A stretch of DNA of 55,131 nt from Sphingobium sp. (GTDB lineage: Bacteria; Pseudomonadota; Alphaproteobacteria; Sphingomonadales; Sphingomonadaceae): contig DASULD010000197.1 of assembly GCA_036278355.1 (NCBI GenBank), forward strand, positions 1-55,131, in the 5' to 3' direction. Under the pieces are notes generated by a model, which was not told where the DNA came from, did not search any database, and saw only the letters and a program-made list of their open reading frames with translations. Positions 8,837-20,227 of the stretch are shown here, piece by piece. The position numbers and the translations under genes were made by a program. Every line of letters begins with the position of its first letter. Within the stretch, counting starts at the first letter, position 1.

Positions 8837-9514
8837 ATGAAGTCGAGATCGAAGGCCGTCTCCGCGACGGCGCTATGTACGTTTATGTTTGCCGCTTTTG
8901 GAATGGGCGGCATGTCTCTGGCGGATGAGAATGTTCCCACCGCCTCCATAAGGGAACCGGTATCCGGTTCCGTCAGCCTCGATAAACCGCAAGAAGGTTT
9001 GATCGGCTCAGCCACCGTTTTCGGTGCGCCGAAAGAGGTCATCCAGCCTTTGCCCCAGCAGGGGGAGCAGGTTCCCGGCACAGACCGTCCGGGGCGCGAT
9101 TATGGTTCGCTCGCGGCAATGGTAGACGCCACGGTGGCCGATACCCCGCTCGATGCCGAAACCCGGTGCCTTGCCACCGCCGTCTTCTATGAAGCGCGCA
9201 GCGAAAGCCTTGAGGGGCAGCTCGCGGTCGCCCGCGTCATCATCAATCGTGCGCAGTCTTCCCGTTTCGGCGACAGCATCTGCGGCGTTGTCCGTCAGCC
9301 TGGACAGTTCAGCTTCGTGCGTCATGGCGTCATTCCGACGCCGGACACGGGCCGGCAGGCATGGAAAACCTCAGTCGCGGTTTCCCGGATCGCCCAGCAG
9401 GGCGGGTGGGACAGCAAGGCCGAAGGCGCGCTGTATTTCCACGCCCGCCGTGTGTCGCCGGGCTGGAGCCGCCAGCGTGTGGCGGTGATCGACAACCATA
9501 TCTTCTACCGGTAG
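8837..9514 (+). CDS. Cell wall hydrolase (SleB/Hydrolase_2 lytic transglycosylase)
   Basis: Signal peptide; CLATAVFYEARSE (catalytic Glu), VA.VI.NR, ICGVV.Q.GQFSF, ALYFHA, IDNHIFYR. Confidence 0.93.
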   Translation: MKSRSKAVSATALCTFMFAAFGMGGMSLADENVPTASIREPVSGSVSLDKPQEGLIGSATVFGAPKEVIQPLPQQGEQVPGTDRPGRDYGSLAAMVDATVADTPLDAETRCLATAVFYEARSESLEGQLAVARVIINRAQSSRFGDSICGVVRQPGQFSFVRHGVIPTPDTGRQAWKTSVAVSRIAQQGGWDSKAEGALYFHARRVSPGWSRQRVAVIDNHIFYR

Positions 9515-9515
9515 G

Positions 9516-10157
9516 TCAAAGGCTCGGCCCCTGGACGGGGCCGCGCTTGACCGCCTTGGCCTTCCCGCCGTCAAGCAGGTCGAGCACCGCCTGATCACGG
9601 CCACCCTGCATCGCATAGTCGCGTGCGGACATCCCCGCGAGCGCGTCGACCTTGTCCGGGTTGGCGCCGTGGGCCATGTACAGGCGTATCAGCGGCAGGT
9701 CGCGAATCTGCACGGCCCGGATCAGCGGGGTTTCGCCGCTGTTGTTGGCCTTGTCGATCTGTGCGCCGCGATCGAGCAGCGCTTGCGCGCCCTCAAGGAA
9801 ACGCAACCGCGTCGCCAGCATCAGGGCCGTCGTACCTTCGGCGTCGGCCAGATTGGGGTTGGCGCCCTTTCCCAGCAGAAAACCAAGCCAGCCCGTGTCG
9901 CGCCGGGCCACCACGATATGCAGCGCGCTTTCGCCGCTTTGCAGATCGCGCGTATTGATGATCGTGGACCCCGGCCTGCCGATGATCTCCATCACCTTGG
10001 CGCCGTCGCGATCGCGCACCGCCTTCAGGAACTTGTAGCTGTCCGAGAACTGGGCATGGGCAAGCGCCGGACAAAAAAGCAGGACCATGAGGATGGCCCG
10101 GAGCGCGTGTCGCACGGGGATGGCCCCCAGGCGATGGAAAGGGGATGCAGTGTTCAT
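9516..10157 (-). CDS. Exported ankyrin-repeat protein
   Basis: Signal peptide ending AHA; ankyrin repeats GESALHI, GANPNLADAEGTTALMLA, GAQIDKANNSGETPLIRAV, GANPD. Confidence 0.9.
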   Translation of the reverse strand: MNTASPFHRLGAIPVRHALRAILMVLLFCPALAHAQFSDSYKFLKAVRDRDGAKVMEIIGRPGSTIINTRDLQSGESALHIVVARRDTGWLGFLLGKGANPNLADAEGTTALMLATRLRFLEGAQALLDRGAQIDKANNSGETPLIRAVQIRDLPLIRLYMAHGANPDKVDALAGMSARDYAMQGGRDQAVLDLLDGGKAKAVKRGPVQGPSL

Positions 10158-10229
10158 GCCGCGAATATGCCGCAGTCCCCGTGCCCTTGGCAATTGCCAA
10201 TGGCGCCGTGACGCTGCAAGGATAGCCTG

Positions 10230-10874
10230 ATGATGCACACCAGGACTCTTGTCACCGTTCCGCTGATACTGCTCGCTCTTGCCGGGTGCAGCGCCAAGCC
10301 TGACTCGTCCAATTCCGCGATGCCCGCCGACCCTGCCGAAACGAAGCTTGAGGGCGCACGCATCGGGGGCCCCTTCACCCTCATCGATCAGGATGGGAAA
10401 CCGCGGAACTGGAGCGAGTTTACCGGCAAATACCGCATCGTCTATTTCGGCTACAGCTATTGCCCCGACGTATGTCCGGTCGATCTTCAGCGCATTGCCC
10501 AGGGCTATCGCCTGTTTGCGAAGGACGATCCTGCGCGCGCGGCGAAGGTGCAGCCGATCTTCATCACCGTCGATCCCGAACGCGACACGTCGGCCGTGCT
10601 GAAAAATTATGTGTCGGCCTTTGATCCGAACCTGATCGGTCTTACCGGCACGCCGGAACAGGTGGCGACCGTCGCGAAGTCCTTTGCCGTCTTCTACACC
10701 AGGGAGAACAGCAAGGGAGCGAGCGACTATCTCGTCGGCCATACCCGCACCCCCTATCTGTTCGATCCGCAAGGCAAGCCGCTGGTGATCCTCCCGGTCG
10801 ACGACCCGGCGACGGGCGCGCAGGAAGGCACGCCGCAGGCGATCGCCGCAGCGCTCGATCGCTGGGTGAAATAG
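10230..10874 (+). CDS. SCO1/SenC-family copper chaperone lipoprotein
   Basis: Lipobox LAGC; GGPFTLIDQDG; FGYSYCPDVCP (CxxxC); FITVDPERDT; conserved His in YLVGHT. Confidence 0.95.
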   Translation: MMHTRTLVTVPLILLALAGCSAKPDSSNSAMPADPAETKLEGARIGGPFTLIDQDGKPRNWSEFTGKYRIVYFGYSYCPDVCPVDLQRIAQGYRLFAKDDPARAAKVQPIFITVDPERDTSAVLKNYVSAFDPNLIGLTGTPEQVATVAKSFAVFYTRENSKGASDYLVGHTRTPYLFDPQGKPLVILPVDDPATGAQEGTPQAIAAALDRWVK

Positions 10875-10887
10875 GGCGGCGACCACC

Positions 10888-11319
10888 ATGCGCGACCGAT
10901 TCTGGCATCTGCCCCTCAACGCGCTGGACGCGGAGGAGTGGGAGGCGTTGTGCGACGGCTGCGGCAAATGCTGCCTGCACAAGGCGGAGGATGAGGATAC
11001 CGGCCGCATCTACTTCAGCAACATTCGCTGCCGCCTGCTGGACGGGCAGCGGGCGCAATGCACCGACTATGCCCATCGCCGGGATCACGTGCCCGACTGC
11101 GTGCGGCTGACGCCGGAAACGGTGGGCGACATCGCCTGGCTGCCGCGCACGTGCGCCTATCGCCTCCGCGACGAGGACAAGCCGCTGCCGGAATGGCACT
11201 ATCTGATCTGTGGCGACAGGGAAGCGGTGCATCGCGCGGGCGAGTCGGTGCGCGGGTGGACAGTGGATGAGGCCGAGGATCAGGACATTGAAGAGCATCT
11301 GGTCGAGCGCGAGATCTGA
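10888..11319 (+). CDS. ycgN: YcgN-family cysteine cluster protein (UPF0260)
   Basis: EWEALCDGCGKCCL, C.DY..R...VPDC, WLP.TCAY, WH.LI.G. Confidence 0.93.
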   Translation: MRDRFWHLPLNALDAEEWEALCDGCGKCCLHKAEDEDTGRIYFSNIRCRLLDGQRAQCTDYAHRRDHVPDCVRLTPETVGDIAWLPRTCAYRLRDEDKPLPEWHYLICGDREAVHRAGESVRGWTVDEAEDQDIEEHLVEREI

Positions 11320-12025
11320 TCCGCGCGCGCGGCCCTGCGTGCGTGTCGATGGCCAGGATGTGCCGGTGGTCATCCGCCGCTTTGCCCAGGCCAAGGGATA
11401 CCGGCTGCGGTATGACGTAAGCCGAGGCGTGCTGCGCCTGTCCATGCCGGCGCGCGGCCCCGAGCGCGCGGCGCTCGATTGGGCGCGAAGCCAGACCGGA
11501 TGGGTGGCGTCCCAACTCCATGTGTCGCCCCTGACGGTGCGGCTGATGCCCGGCGTGGCGGTGCCGGTGGAAGGCGTCGAGCGGATGATTTCATGGGATC
11601 CGGCGCGGACCAGACGGGTGGAGCTGGGTCCGGAGACGCTTGACGCCGGTGGCGCGGAGGAAGAGGCCGTGCCGGGACGCGTTCTGCGGTGGCTGCGCGC
11701 TCATGCGCTCACGACCTTGCGGAACGAGACGCTGGAAATGGCCAGCCGGGCCGGCTTGCAGGTCGCCTCGGTGGCGATCGGCGATCCGCGCAGCCGCTGG
11801 GGAAGTTGCGCCAGCGGTGGTGCCATCCGCTACAGCTGGCGGTTGATCCTGGCTCCGCCGGAGGTGCGGGTCGCAACCGTCGCGCATGAGGTGGCGCATC
11901 TTCTCCATATGGACCACAGCGCGGCATTCCACGCGGCGCACAGGCGCCTGCTGGATGCCGATCCACGACCGGCGCGCGCCTGGTTACGCGCGCACGGTGC
12001 CGGGTTGCACCGCTTTACGGCCTGA
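11288..12025 (+). CDS. YgjP/DUF45-like zinc metalloprotein (annotated M48 family)
   Basis: SRWGSC, YSWRLILAP, HEVAH (HExxH), H.DHS..F; start uncertain (TTG 11288). Confidence 0.85.
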   Translation: MKSIWSSARSDPRARPCVRVDGQDVPVVIRRFAQAKGYRLRYDVSRGVLRLSMPARGPERAALDWARSQTGWVASQLHVSPLTVRLMPGVAVPVEGVERMISWDPARTRRVELGPETLDAGGAEEEAVPGRVLRWLRAHALTTLRNETLEMASRAGLQVASVAIGDPRSRWGSCASGGAIRYSWRLILAPPEVRVATVAHEVAHLLHMDHSAAFHAAHRRLLDADPRPARAWLRAHGAGLHRFTA

Positions 12026-14150
12026 CGGGGGCAGAGGCCGGGGAAGCGGACGACGGCCGTTGCGCCGGTGCGGTTCTCGGCTGCGGCGCCGGCGTCCTTC
12101 CGTCGGCGGGCTTCTGATCCCCGGGGACCGGGTTGCGTGCCGTGGGACGATCACGGCCCAGCACATCGTCGATCCATTGCTGATCGATGCGGGCGGGTGA
12201 CTCGTCCTCGCTCGAAGCAGGCCCTGCCGAAGGATCGGGATAGCTGTCGCTGGCGGCACCGGGAATCGGGATGCCGTTTTCATCCACATACTGGATGTCG
12301 TCTGGCCCGCCGAAATAGGCCTCGTTGTCCGGTTCGAGCTGCCATTCGGGCAGCGTCACCTCGGTATCGAACTTCTCGGCCGGGCGCCGCGCGACCGCGA
12401 CGCGCATGAAGTCGGCAAAGGCGCGCGCAGGGGCGCGGCCGCCCTGCAGGCCCGGAACAGGCCGGGCGTTGTCCTTGCCCATCCACACGCCGGTGGTGAT
12501 GCCGCTGGAAAAGCCGAGGAACCATCCGTCCTTGTTGCTGGACGTCGTGCCGGTCTTGCCCGCGACCGGGCGGCCGATCTGCGCCGCGCGACCCGTACCG
12601 GTGTTGACCGCGGTTTGCAGCAGGTCCGTGATCTCCGCCGCGACCCAGGGTGCGACCAGAACGCGGCTGGTATCGTCCTGATGCTCATAGAGAAGCCGTC
12701 CGCTGGCCGTAGTGACGCGGGTGATGCCATAAGGCGAGACGGCAATGCCCTTGCGCGCGACGGACGCGAAGGCCCGCGTCATGTCGACGAGGCGCACGTC
12801 GGACGACCCCAGCACCATCGAAGGCTTTGTCGTGATCTGCGTGGTGATGCCAAAGCGGCGGGCCATGTCCGCGACGGTGTCGAAGCCAGTCTCCTGCCCC
12901 AGCTTGGCCGCGATGGTGTTCACCGAATAGGCGAAGGCCGTCCGCACGTCGATCTCGCCGGAATAGCGGCCGCTGCTGTTGCGCGGGCTCCATCCGTCGA
13001 TCTCGACCGGCTCGTCGACGACATGGGTGTCGGGCGTGACGCCGCCCTCCAGCGCGGCCAGATAAACGAACAGCTTGAATGCCGAACCCGGCTGACGCTC
13101 CGCCGTGGTGGCGCGGTTGTAGTTGGATGAAACATAGTCCAGCCCGCCGATCATCGCCCGGACCGCCCCGTCCCGGTCCAGCGCGACCAGCGCCGCCTGC
13201 GTTCCCTTGGGCGCGTTCGCGCGCAATGCCGCCATCGCCGCGTTCTGCATCTTCGTGTCGAGCGTGGTGTAGACCTCCAGCGGCTCATTGGGCTCATCGA
13301 CGTAGAGGTCGAGCTGCGGCAATGCCCAGTCGGTGAAGTAGCGGACGCTGTTTTGCGGCGGTTCGGGCGCCATCGCCACTTCGGCGAGGTCGGCTTGCGC
13401 CCGTTCGCCGTCGGAGATCACGCCGTTCGCGCGCATCACGTCGAGCACCACCTCCGCGCGGCCGATCGCGGCCTGGCGGTCGGCGGTCGGGCTGTAGTTG
13501 GACGGTGCCTTGACAAGCCCGGCGATGATCGCGGCCTCGGGCAGGCTCAGATGGGTCGCCGGGTGGCCGAAGAAACGGCGGCTAGCGGCATCGACGCCAT
13601 AGGCGCCGCCGCCGAAATAGACCTTGTTGAGGTACAGTTCGAGGATCTGGTCCTTCGAGAATTTGCGCTCCATCGCGAGCGCGAGGATGATCTCGCGAAT
13701 TTTGCGGCCAACGGAATAGCTGTTGTTGAGGAATATGTTGCGCGCGACCTGTTGCGTGATCGTCGACGCGCCCTGCATCCGGCGGCCGGTGCCGCGATTT
13801 TCGATCGCCCGCCAGGCGGCACGGGTCAGGCCCACGGGATCGACGCCGGGATGGTAGTAGAAGCGCTTGTCCTCTACCGTGACCATCGCCTCCTTCATCA
13901 CGCCGGGGATCTGGTCCACGGTGAGCCACCGCCCGAAGCTTGGCCCAAGCGACACGATGACCGATCCGTCCGCAGCGTGAACCCGGATCATCTGTCCATT
14001 GGGGGAGGATTTGAGGCTTTCGTAGCTCGGCAGCGACTGCATCGCCACGAGGACCGCGGCAATCAGCGCGACCAACCCGCCGATGCAGAGGAAAAGCCCC
14101 GTCTTTACCGCGCGCCAGAACCAGAGTTTTGCCTTGGGCGGCGTCGCCAT
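12015..14150 (-). CDS. Class A penicillin-binding protein (PBP1A family)
   Basis: Glycosyltransferase motifs EDKRFY.H.GVD, GASTITQQ, RKIRE, KDQILELYLN; transpeptidase motifs SAFK, SVN, KTG; Pro-rich tail. Confidence 0.96.
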   Translation of the reverse strand: MATPPKAKLWFWRAVKTGLFLCIGGLVALIAAVLVAMQSLPSYESLKSSPNGQMIRVHAADGSVIVSLGPSFGRWLTVDQIPGVMKEAMVTVEDKRFYYHPGVDPVGLTRAAWRAIENRGTGRRMQGASTITQQVARNIFLNNSYSVGRKIREIILALAMERKFSKDQILELYLNKVYFGGGAYGVDAASRRFFGHPATHLSLPEAAIIAGLVKAPSNYSPTADRQAAIGRAEVVLDVMRANGVISDGERAQADLAEVAMAPEPPQNSVRYFTDWALPQLDLYVDEPNEPLEVYTTLDTKMQNAAMAALRANAPKGTQAALVALDRDGAVRAMIGGLDYVSSNYNRATTAERQPGSAFKLFVYLAALEGGVTPDTHVVDEPVEIDGWSPRNSSGRYSGEIDVRTAFAYSVNTIAAKLGQETGFDTVADMARRFGITTQITTKPSMVLGSSDVRLVDMTRAFASVARKGIAVSPYGITRVTTASGRLLYEHQDDTSRVLVAPWVAAEITDLLQTAVNTGTGRAAQIGRPVAGKTGTTSSNKDGWFLGFSSGITTGVWMGKDNARPVPGLQGGRAPARAFADFMRVAVARRPAEKFDTEVTLPEWQLEPDNEAYFGGPDDIQYVDENGIPIPGAASDSYPDPSAGPASSEDESPARIDQQWIDDVLGRDRPTARNPVPGDQKPADGRTPAPQPRTAPAQRPSSASPASAPVRP

Positions 14151-14314
14151 ATCTGTTCAGTCTCGGCCAGTAATGTCCCCGGCGGCTTACCCGGTCAGGG
14201 AATCGGCCGCAAGCGGCTTGTCAAAAGCCATGCCGCCATTGAACCGCCGATGAATAAGGGAGGGGTGGGGACGCGACCGGTGCGCGTAAACCGGCATCCG
14301 CGACGCACCATGCG

Positions 14315-14710
14315 CTACGGCTTCGGCTGGAATTCCAGTGATGCGCTGTTGATGCAGTACCGCAAACCGTTTTCGGCCGGTCCATCGGGAAACACATGGC
14401 CCAGATGCCCATCGCACCGGGCGCAGCGCACCTCGACCCTGCGCATGCCGTGGCTCATGTCCACATGCTCGTCAATCGCGTCCTCACGCGACGGCTCGGT
14501 GAAGCTGGGCCACCCCGATCCGCTGTCATACTTCTTGTTGGAAGGAAACAGTTCCGTTCCGCATCCGGCGCACAGATAGACGCCATCCGCCTTCATCTTC
14601 TCATAGATGCCCGTGAACGCCCGCTCCGTCCCGGCTTCGCGCAGGATGTGATATTGTTCGTCGCTCAGGCGTTCGCGCCATTCGGCGTCGGTGAGTTTGA
14701 TCTTTTCCAT
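14315..14710 (-). CDS. msrB: Peptide methionine-(R)-sulfoxide reductase
   Basis: [45 protein letters not shown]; ATG overlaps the MATE stop (TGATG). Confidence 0.97.
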   Translation of the reverse strand: MEKIKLTDAEWRERLSDEQYHILREAGTERAFTGIYEKMKADGVYLCAGCGTELFPSNKKYDSGSGWPSFTEPSREDAIDEHVDMSHGMRRVEVRCARCDGHLGHVFPDGPAENGLRYCINSASLEFQPKP

Positions 14711-16065
14711 CACGGGAATATGCGGGAGCGCGGCTCCATATTCAAGCCGTGCCGCCGCCTGAGGCCCGGCAGGCGGACCATAAGCGTCAGCGCCCGCACC
14801 CCGTAGCTGCCGAGCAGCGCCAGCCACACGCCATGGTTGCCGAGCGGCCGCAAAAGCCAGTCGCTGGCAAAATACAGCACCAGCACGATCAGCGCGGCGT
14901 TGCGCATCGCCCGCGTTTCGGTTGCGCCGATGAAAATGCCGTCGAGCAGCCAGCTCGGCGCGCCCAGCGCGGGGATCAGCACGGCGTAGGGGAGCATGGC
15001 TATCGCGAGCTGCCTGACGCCCGCGTCGGTCGCGATGAAGTGGATAAGCCAGGGTCCGGCAACGAGGAAAAGGGCGCTGAATCCCACACCGGCGGCGAGG
15101 GTGAACTCGCCGGTCAGTCTGACCGCGCGGGCGTAATCGCGCGGCGAACGGGCGCCGATGGCCGCGCCTATGCGTGCCTCGGCCGTGAAGGCGAAGGCAT
15201 CCAGAACAAACGCGCTGAGCGACACGAACTGCATCAGCACATGATTGGCGGCGAGCGCCTGCGCCCCCTGCCGCGCGCCGGCATGAGCGAACCATGTGAA
15301 CAGCGCCAGAAGGGCAAGGGTACGCACCATGATGTCCGCGTTGACCGAAAACAGCCTCGCCATCGCATCACGTGCGAACAGGCGTGACAGGGCGCGGACG
15401 GCCGGATGGCGCCACTGCAGGCGCGTGTGTCGCGATACGATGGCGAGTCCCGCGACAAGGGTCGTCCATTCGGCTGCGGCCGTACCGATGCCGACGCCCA
15501 GCGGACCCAGTCCAAATCCGCTGACCAGCGTGACGTTGAAGAGGATGTTCGCGCCGTTCATGATGAGTTGCAGGGTCAGCGCGCTGCGCGTGCGCGACAG
15601 TCCGATCAGCCAGCCGTTGATCGCGAACACCGACAGGGCGGCGGGCGCTCCGGCCATGCGCGCCCCGGCAAAGTCCAGCGCCGCCCGCTCCACCGCACCG
15701 GGCGCGCCCATCAGTCCCAGGGCGGGACCAAGGAAGAGCGGGTGCAGCATCAGGATGATCAGGCCCAGCCCGAAACCGAGCAACAGACCGCGCAGCAGCA
15801 GGGCCTGGACTTCCTCCGTCTGGCTCGCGCCAGCGGCCTGCGCCGTGAGGCCGGTCATGCCCATGCGAAGGAAACCGAAGGCCCAGAAGATGAGCGTCAC
15901 CACGGTCGCGCCAAGCGCCACGGCCGCGAGCGCCACCGCGTCGCCGGTGCGGCCAATGATCGCGGCGTCGACGATCCCCACCGTTGGCACCAGTGCCTGC
16001 CCGATGATGATGGGCCACGCCTGGTTGAAGACGGCGCGCCGCGTGAGCGGCGCACCGGTGTTCAT
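14710..16065 (-). CDS. MATE-family efflux transporter (DinF-like)
   Basis: About 12 hydrophobic segments; [36 protein letters not shown]. Confidence 0.92.
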   Translation of the reverse strand: MNTGAPLTRRAVFNQAWPIIIGQALVPTVGIVDAAIIGRTGDAVALAAVALGATVVTLIFWAFGFLRMGMTGLTAQAAGASQTEEVQALLLRGLLLGFGLGLIILMLHPLFLGPALGLMGAPGAVERAALDFAGARMAGAPAALSVFAINGWLIGLSRTRSALTLQLIMNGANILFNVTLVSGFGLGPLGVGIGTAAAEWTTLVAGLAIVSRHTRLQWRHPAVRALSRLFARDAMARLFSVNADIMVRTLALLALFTWFAHAGARQGAQALAANHVLMQFVSLSAFVLDAFAFTAEARIGAAIGARSPRDYARAVRLTGEFTLAAGVGFSALFLVAGPWLIHFIATDAGVRQLAIAMLPYAVLIPALGAPSWLLDGIFIGATETRAMRNAALIVLVLYFASDWLLRPLGNHGVWLALLGSYGVRALTLMVRLPGLRRRHGLNMEPRSRIFP

Positions 16066-17087
16066 CTTGCCCGCGCCGCTTGCCGCGCCACGGTCAGTAA
16101 CTCCTGCCGAACGGCGATCTCCCCCGGACCCTGCGAATCGCGGGTCGAACGCTCTGCGTCCAGCAGGCGGTGGATCAGCCGCGATACAGCGTCGCCGCTC
16201 CACAGGCTCGCCTGCCGCTGCACCTGCGGCTTGTCCTTCCAGAATATCGCCTTGCCCATGCTCTCGATCGCCTGATCCATCCGGCCGCATCGTTCGAATT
16301 CGGCCTGGACCTGGGCGATCAGCATCGCCCGGCCGAGCAGCGGGCGCGTGACGCTGGCAAGCGACGTACCGCTCGCGCCCAGCGCCGCAAGCTCACGGTG
16401 CAGTGCGTCGATGTCTCCGCCCAGCACGGCATCCACCAGCGGCGCGGCATCCGTATCGGCCGTTTCGGCGAGCAATGCGTCCAATGCCTCGCGGGTGACT
16501 TCGGCCGGATGATCGGGCGAGGCGTCGAGATAGAGGGCCAGCTTTTCGATCTCGCCAGCCATCAGCGCACGGTCGCCACCGGCGACCTCGGCAATCCGCC
16601 GCGCCAGATCGGGCGGGAGCCGCAGGCCGAGATCACGCGCCTGGCCCGCGGCGATCTGGCCGGCCTCCCGTTCGTCGGGCACATAGCTGGCGAACGCCAG
16701 GGCGGCGGGATGATCGAGGCACAGCTTCGCCAGCTTCGAGCTGTTTTTTATAGCGCCTGCTATAGCAATAACCGGATTACCCGCCTGCGAGGATTCGAGC
16801 AGGGCCTGCACGGCCGCCACGCACTCCTCGCCCGCGCCGGTGATCCGGATCCAGCGCCTGTCACCGAACATGGAGATGGCGGCGGCTTCGTCGGAAAGCC
16901 GGGCCGGATCGCCGCGCAGCGTCGGCCCGTCCAGGTCTACGCGCTCGGCGGCATCTCCCATCGCCCGTTCGATCCGCTTCGCAAGTGCGATGCTGCCCGC
17001 TTCGTCGGGGCCGTAGAGAAGGACGATGCGCGCGTCCGGCGCGGCGGCGTCCAGCGCGCGTTCGACCTGTTGCCGGCTGGCCTTCAC
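16062..17087 (-). CDS. holA: DNA polymerase III delta subunit
   Basis: LLYGPDE, L.DEA.AISMFG, E.EKLALY, IFWK; leuS-lptE-holA order. Confidence 0.93.
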   Translation of the reverse strand: MKASRQQVERALDAAAPDARIVLLYGPDEAGSIALAKRIERAMGDAAERVDLDGPTLRGDPARLSDEAAAISMFGDRRWIRITGAGEECVAAVQALLESSQAGNPVIAIAGAIKNSSKLAKLCLDHPAALAFASYVPDEREAGQIAAGQARDLGLRLPPDLARRIAEVAGGDRALMAGEIEKLALYLDASPDHPAEVTREALDALLAETADTDAAPLVDAVLGGDIDALHRELAALGASGTSLASVTRPLLGRAMLIAQVQAEFERCGRMDQAIESMGKAIFWKDKPQVQRQASLWSGDAVSRLIHRLLDAERSTRDSQGPGEIAVRQELLTVARQAARAR

Positions 17088-17608
17088 GGGGTTGCGGGGG
17101 CGGCCCCCGCCTCTGCCGCGATCTTCTGCGACAGGCGCATGACGATCTGGTCGGCCACGAGGTGCGATAGCCGTTCCAGCGCCGAATTTTCCGCGGCGAT
17201 GGTTGCGTATTCGCTGCTCGCGACGTCGATGCCGGCATCGGAACCGGCGGTGGCGTCGAGCACCAGCGTGCCGGTCGGCTGGTGAAACAGCTGATACCGG
17301 GCGCGCAGCGTCCGCCGTTCCCGCGTTACGGCATCGTCGAGGCGAACGCCAAAACCGGTGATCTGATCGTCAAGCTCTACGTGCAGGCGGTAATCCGCGC
17401 CCTCGCCGCTGGCGACCGTGCCGAGCCGGTCCTGCAGCGCATTGTGGACCAGCCAGCCCGCCTTGCCCTCAATTGCATCGACGCTCACCGTGCCCAGATT
17501 GCGCGCCACCACGCCGGACTGCCCCCCGGAATACAGCGGACGCAACCCGCAGCCGGAGAGGGCAGGGAGCGCCAGCAGCGCCAGCAGGGGGAACGCCAGG
17601 ACTTTCAT
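17084..17608 (-). CDS. lptE: LPS assembly lipoprotein LptE
   Basis: Lipobox [10 protein letters not shown]; lies between leuS and holA. Confidence 0.9.
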   Translation of the reverse strand: MKVLAFPLLALLALPALSGCGLRPLYSGGQSGVVARNLGTVSVDAIEGKAGWLVHNALQDRLGTVASGEGADYRLHVELDDQITGFGVRLDDAVTRERRTLRARYQLFHQPTGTLVLDATAGSDAGIDVASSEYATIAAENSALERLSHLVADQIVMRLSQKIAAEAGAAPATP

Positions 17609-20121
17609 ATCACCAGATTGACCAGCCGGTCCGGCACGACAATCACTTTTTTCGGTGCCGCACCTTCCATAGTGCGCGCTACATTTGGCGAGGCGAGCGC
17701 CAGAGCCTCGAGCTCCGCACGTGGCAGGCCCTTGGCGACGGTTATGGTGTCGCGCAGCTTTCCCATCACCTGCACTGCGATCGTCACCTCGTCATCGACC
17801 AGCAGCTCCGGATCAACCGGTGGCCAGCTTGCGTCGGCGATCAGGCCTGGCTGCCCCATATCGGCCCAGGCTTCTTCGGCTAGGTGCGGCACCATCGGCG
17901 CGACCAGCAGGGCCAATGCGCGGATGGCCCCGGCCCGGCTGGCGGACGGCGCGGCTTTTTCGATCACGTTGGCAAGTTCGTAGATCTTCGCCACCGCCTT
18001 GTTGAACGAGAGCATTTCTATATCGCGCGCTACACCATCCACGGTCTGGTGCAGCTTGCGCAGCAGCGCGCGGTCTTCGCTCCCCTCGCCTGTCTCGGCC
18101 GCGTCGCCGAACAGCCGCCAAAGCCGGTTTATGAAGCGCCAGCTTCCCTCGATGCCGCTCGCTGTCCACGGCAGGTCGCGTTCGGGCGGGCTGTCGCTCA
18201 GCATGAACCAGCGTACCGCGTCCGCGCCATATTGGTCGATGATGTCGTCGGGATCGACCACATTCTTCTTGGACTTGGACATCTTCTCGACCCGGCCAAG
18301 CGATACGGCCTCATCTGTAGACTTCACTACATAATTTTCGCCGCGCCGTTCCACCTCTTCGGGGGACAGCCAGCGCCCATCCGGCGCCTTGTAGGTCTCA
18401 TGCGTCACCATGCCTTGAGTAAAGAGGCCGGCGAACGGCTCCTTCACGTCGATCTTGCCGCAATGATTGAGCGCCCGCGTCCAGAAACGCGCATAGAGCA
18501 GATGGAGGATCGCATGTTCCACGCCGCCGATATACTGCCCCACCGGCAGCCAGCGCTCCGCCTCCGCCTTGTCGAACGGCCGGTCGCCGGGCTGGCTGGC
18601 GAAGCGAATGAAATACCAGCTCGAGTCGACGAATGTGTCGAGCGTGTCCGTTTCCCGCCGCGCGGGCCGGCTGCATGTCGGGCAGGCGACATGCTTCCAT
18701 GCCGGGTGACGCTCCAGCGGATTGCCGGGAATGTCGAAGCTGACATCCTCGGGCAGTGTCACCGGAAGCTGATCGCGCGGCACCGGCACGACGCCGCAGG
18801 CATCGCAGTGGATGAAGGGGATCGGCGTACCCCAGTAACGCTGGCGCGACACGCCCCAATCGCGCAGCCGCCAGACTGTCGTGCCCTTGCCCCAGCCCTC
18901 TTCCTGCGCCCGCGCGATGACGGCGGTCTTGGCGGCTTCCACATCCATGCCGTCGATAAAGCCGGAGTTGATGAGCGTGCCGCTTCCGGTCCAGGCCTCG
19001 TCGCCCACCGGCGCATCCTTGCCGTCCGGCGACACCACGCGCGGCGTCGGCAACATATATTTGCGTGCGAAATCCAGGTCGCGCTGATCGTGCGCGGGCA
19101 CTGCCATCACCGCGCCCGTGCCATAATCCATCAGGACGAAATTGGCGACGAACAGCGGCAGCTTCGCGCCGGTGAACGGATGAATGACCGAAACGCCGGT
19201 ATCGTACCCAAGCTTTTCCTGGGTTTCGACATCGGCAGCGGCAGTGCCGGTGCGGCGGCATTCTTCGGCAAACCCGGCGAGGCTGGGGTCGGTCTTTGCC
19301 AGTTCGAGCGCAAGCGCATGGTCCGCAGCCATGGCGGCAAAGCTCGCCCCGAAGATGGTGTCGGGCCGGGTGGAGAATACTTCGAGCGTTTCTATATCGC
19401 CGATTACAGTATCCAGCCTGAACCGGAACTGCAGCCCCTGGCTCTTGCCGATCCAGTTCTCCTGCATCAGCTTCACCTTGTCCGGCCACTGGTCAAGGCT
19501 GCCCAGTCCCTCCAGCAGGTCGTCGGCGAACTGCGTGATCTTCAGGAACCACTGGTTGAGCTTGCGTTTCTCGACCAGCGCGCCCGATCGCCAGCCCCGG
19601 CCGTCGATCACCTGCTCGTTCGCCAGCACGGTCATGTCGACCGGGTCCCAGTTCACCGCCGATTCCTTGCGATAAACGAGGCCCGCCTCATACAGGTCGA
19701 GGAACAGCGACTGTTCATGACCGTAATATTCAGGCTCACAGGTGGCGAGCTCCCGACTCCAGTCGAGGGCGAAGCCCAGACGCTTCAGCTGCGCCTTCAT
19801 GTTGGCGATGTTGGCGCGCGTCCATTCGCCGGGATGAACCTTCTTTTCCATCGCGGCGTTTTCGGCGGGCATACCGAAGGCATCCCACCCCATCGGGTGC
19901 AGCACCTCATACCCGCGCATTCGGCGAAACCGCGCCAGCACGTCGCCCATCGTGTAGTTGCGGACATGGCCGATGTGGATGCGCCCGGATGGATAAGGGA
20001 ACATCTCCAGCACATAAGAGCGCGGCTTGCCGCTCGCGTCGTCGGCACGGAAGCTCTGCTTCTCGTCCCAGACGTGCTGCCATTTGGCGTCTGCCTCAAG
20101 CGGGTTGAAGCGCCGTTGCAT
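17605..20121 (-). CDS. leuS: Leucine--tRNA ligase
   Basis: [26 protein letters not shown] editing domain, SRQRYWG, KMSKS; alternative GTG start at 20127. Confidence 0.99.
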   Translation of the reverse strand: MQRRFNPLEADAKWQHVWDEKQSFRADDASGKPRSYVLEMFPYPSGRIHIGHVRNYTMGDVLARFRRMRGYEVLHPMGWDAFGMPAENAAMEKKVHPGEWTRANIANMKAQLKRLGFALDWSRELATCEPEYYGHEQSLFLDLYEAGLVYRKESAVNWDPVDMTVLANEQVIDGRGWRSGALVEKRKLNQWFLKITQFADDLLEGLGSLDQWPDKVKLMQENWIGKSQGLQFRFRLDTVIGDIETLEVFSTRPDTIFGASFAAMAADHALALELAKTDPSLAGFAEECRRTGTAAADVETQEKLGYDTGVSVIHPFTGAKLPLFVANFVLMDYGTGAVMAVPAHDQRDLDFARKYMLPTPRVVSPDGKDAPVGDEAWTGSGTLINSGFIDGMDVEAAKTAVIARAQEEGWGKGTTVWRLRDWGVSRQRYWGTPIPFIHCDACGVVPVPRDQLPVTLPEDVSFDIPGNPLERHPAWKHVACPTCSRPARRETDTLDTFVDSSWYFIRFASQPGDRPFDKAEAERWLPVGQYIGGVEHAILHLLYARFWTRALNHCGKIDVKEPFAGLFTQGMVTHETYKAPDGRWLSPEEVERRGENYVVKSTDEAVSLGRVEKMSKSKKNVVDPDDIIDQYGADAVRWFMLSDSPPERDLPWTASGIEGSWRFINRLWRLFGDAAETGEGSEDRALLRKLHQTVDGVARDIEMLSFNKAVAKIYELANVIEKAAPSASRAGAIRALALLVAPMVPHLAEEAWADMGQPGLIADASWPPVDPELLVDDEVTIAVQVMGKLRDTITVAKGLPRAELEALALASPNVARTMEGAAPKKVIVVPDRLVNLVI

Positions 20122-20227
20122 ATTCACGTAATCCCGGTTCGGTCCACGCTTGCCTGGACCCTGTATGTGCCTGAAAATGGAACCACCCGCTCGACATGCA
20201 CGGCAGGCGGTACGCTGCCGATCTGCC

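Noticed and set aside
9516-11009. 497-aa version of the ankyrin ORF, and N-terminally extended versions of msrB, MATE, hemJ and DUF3576
   Set aside because: The extensions overlap neighbouring real genes; internal starts give correct signal peptides and family N-termini
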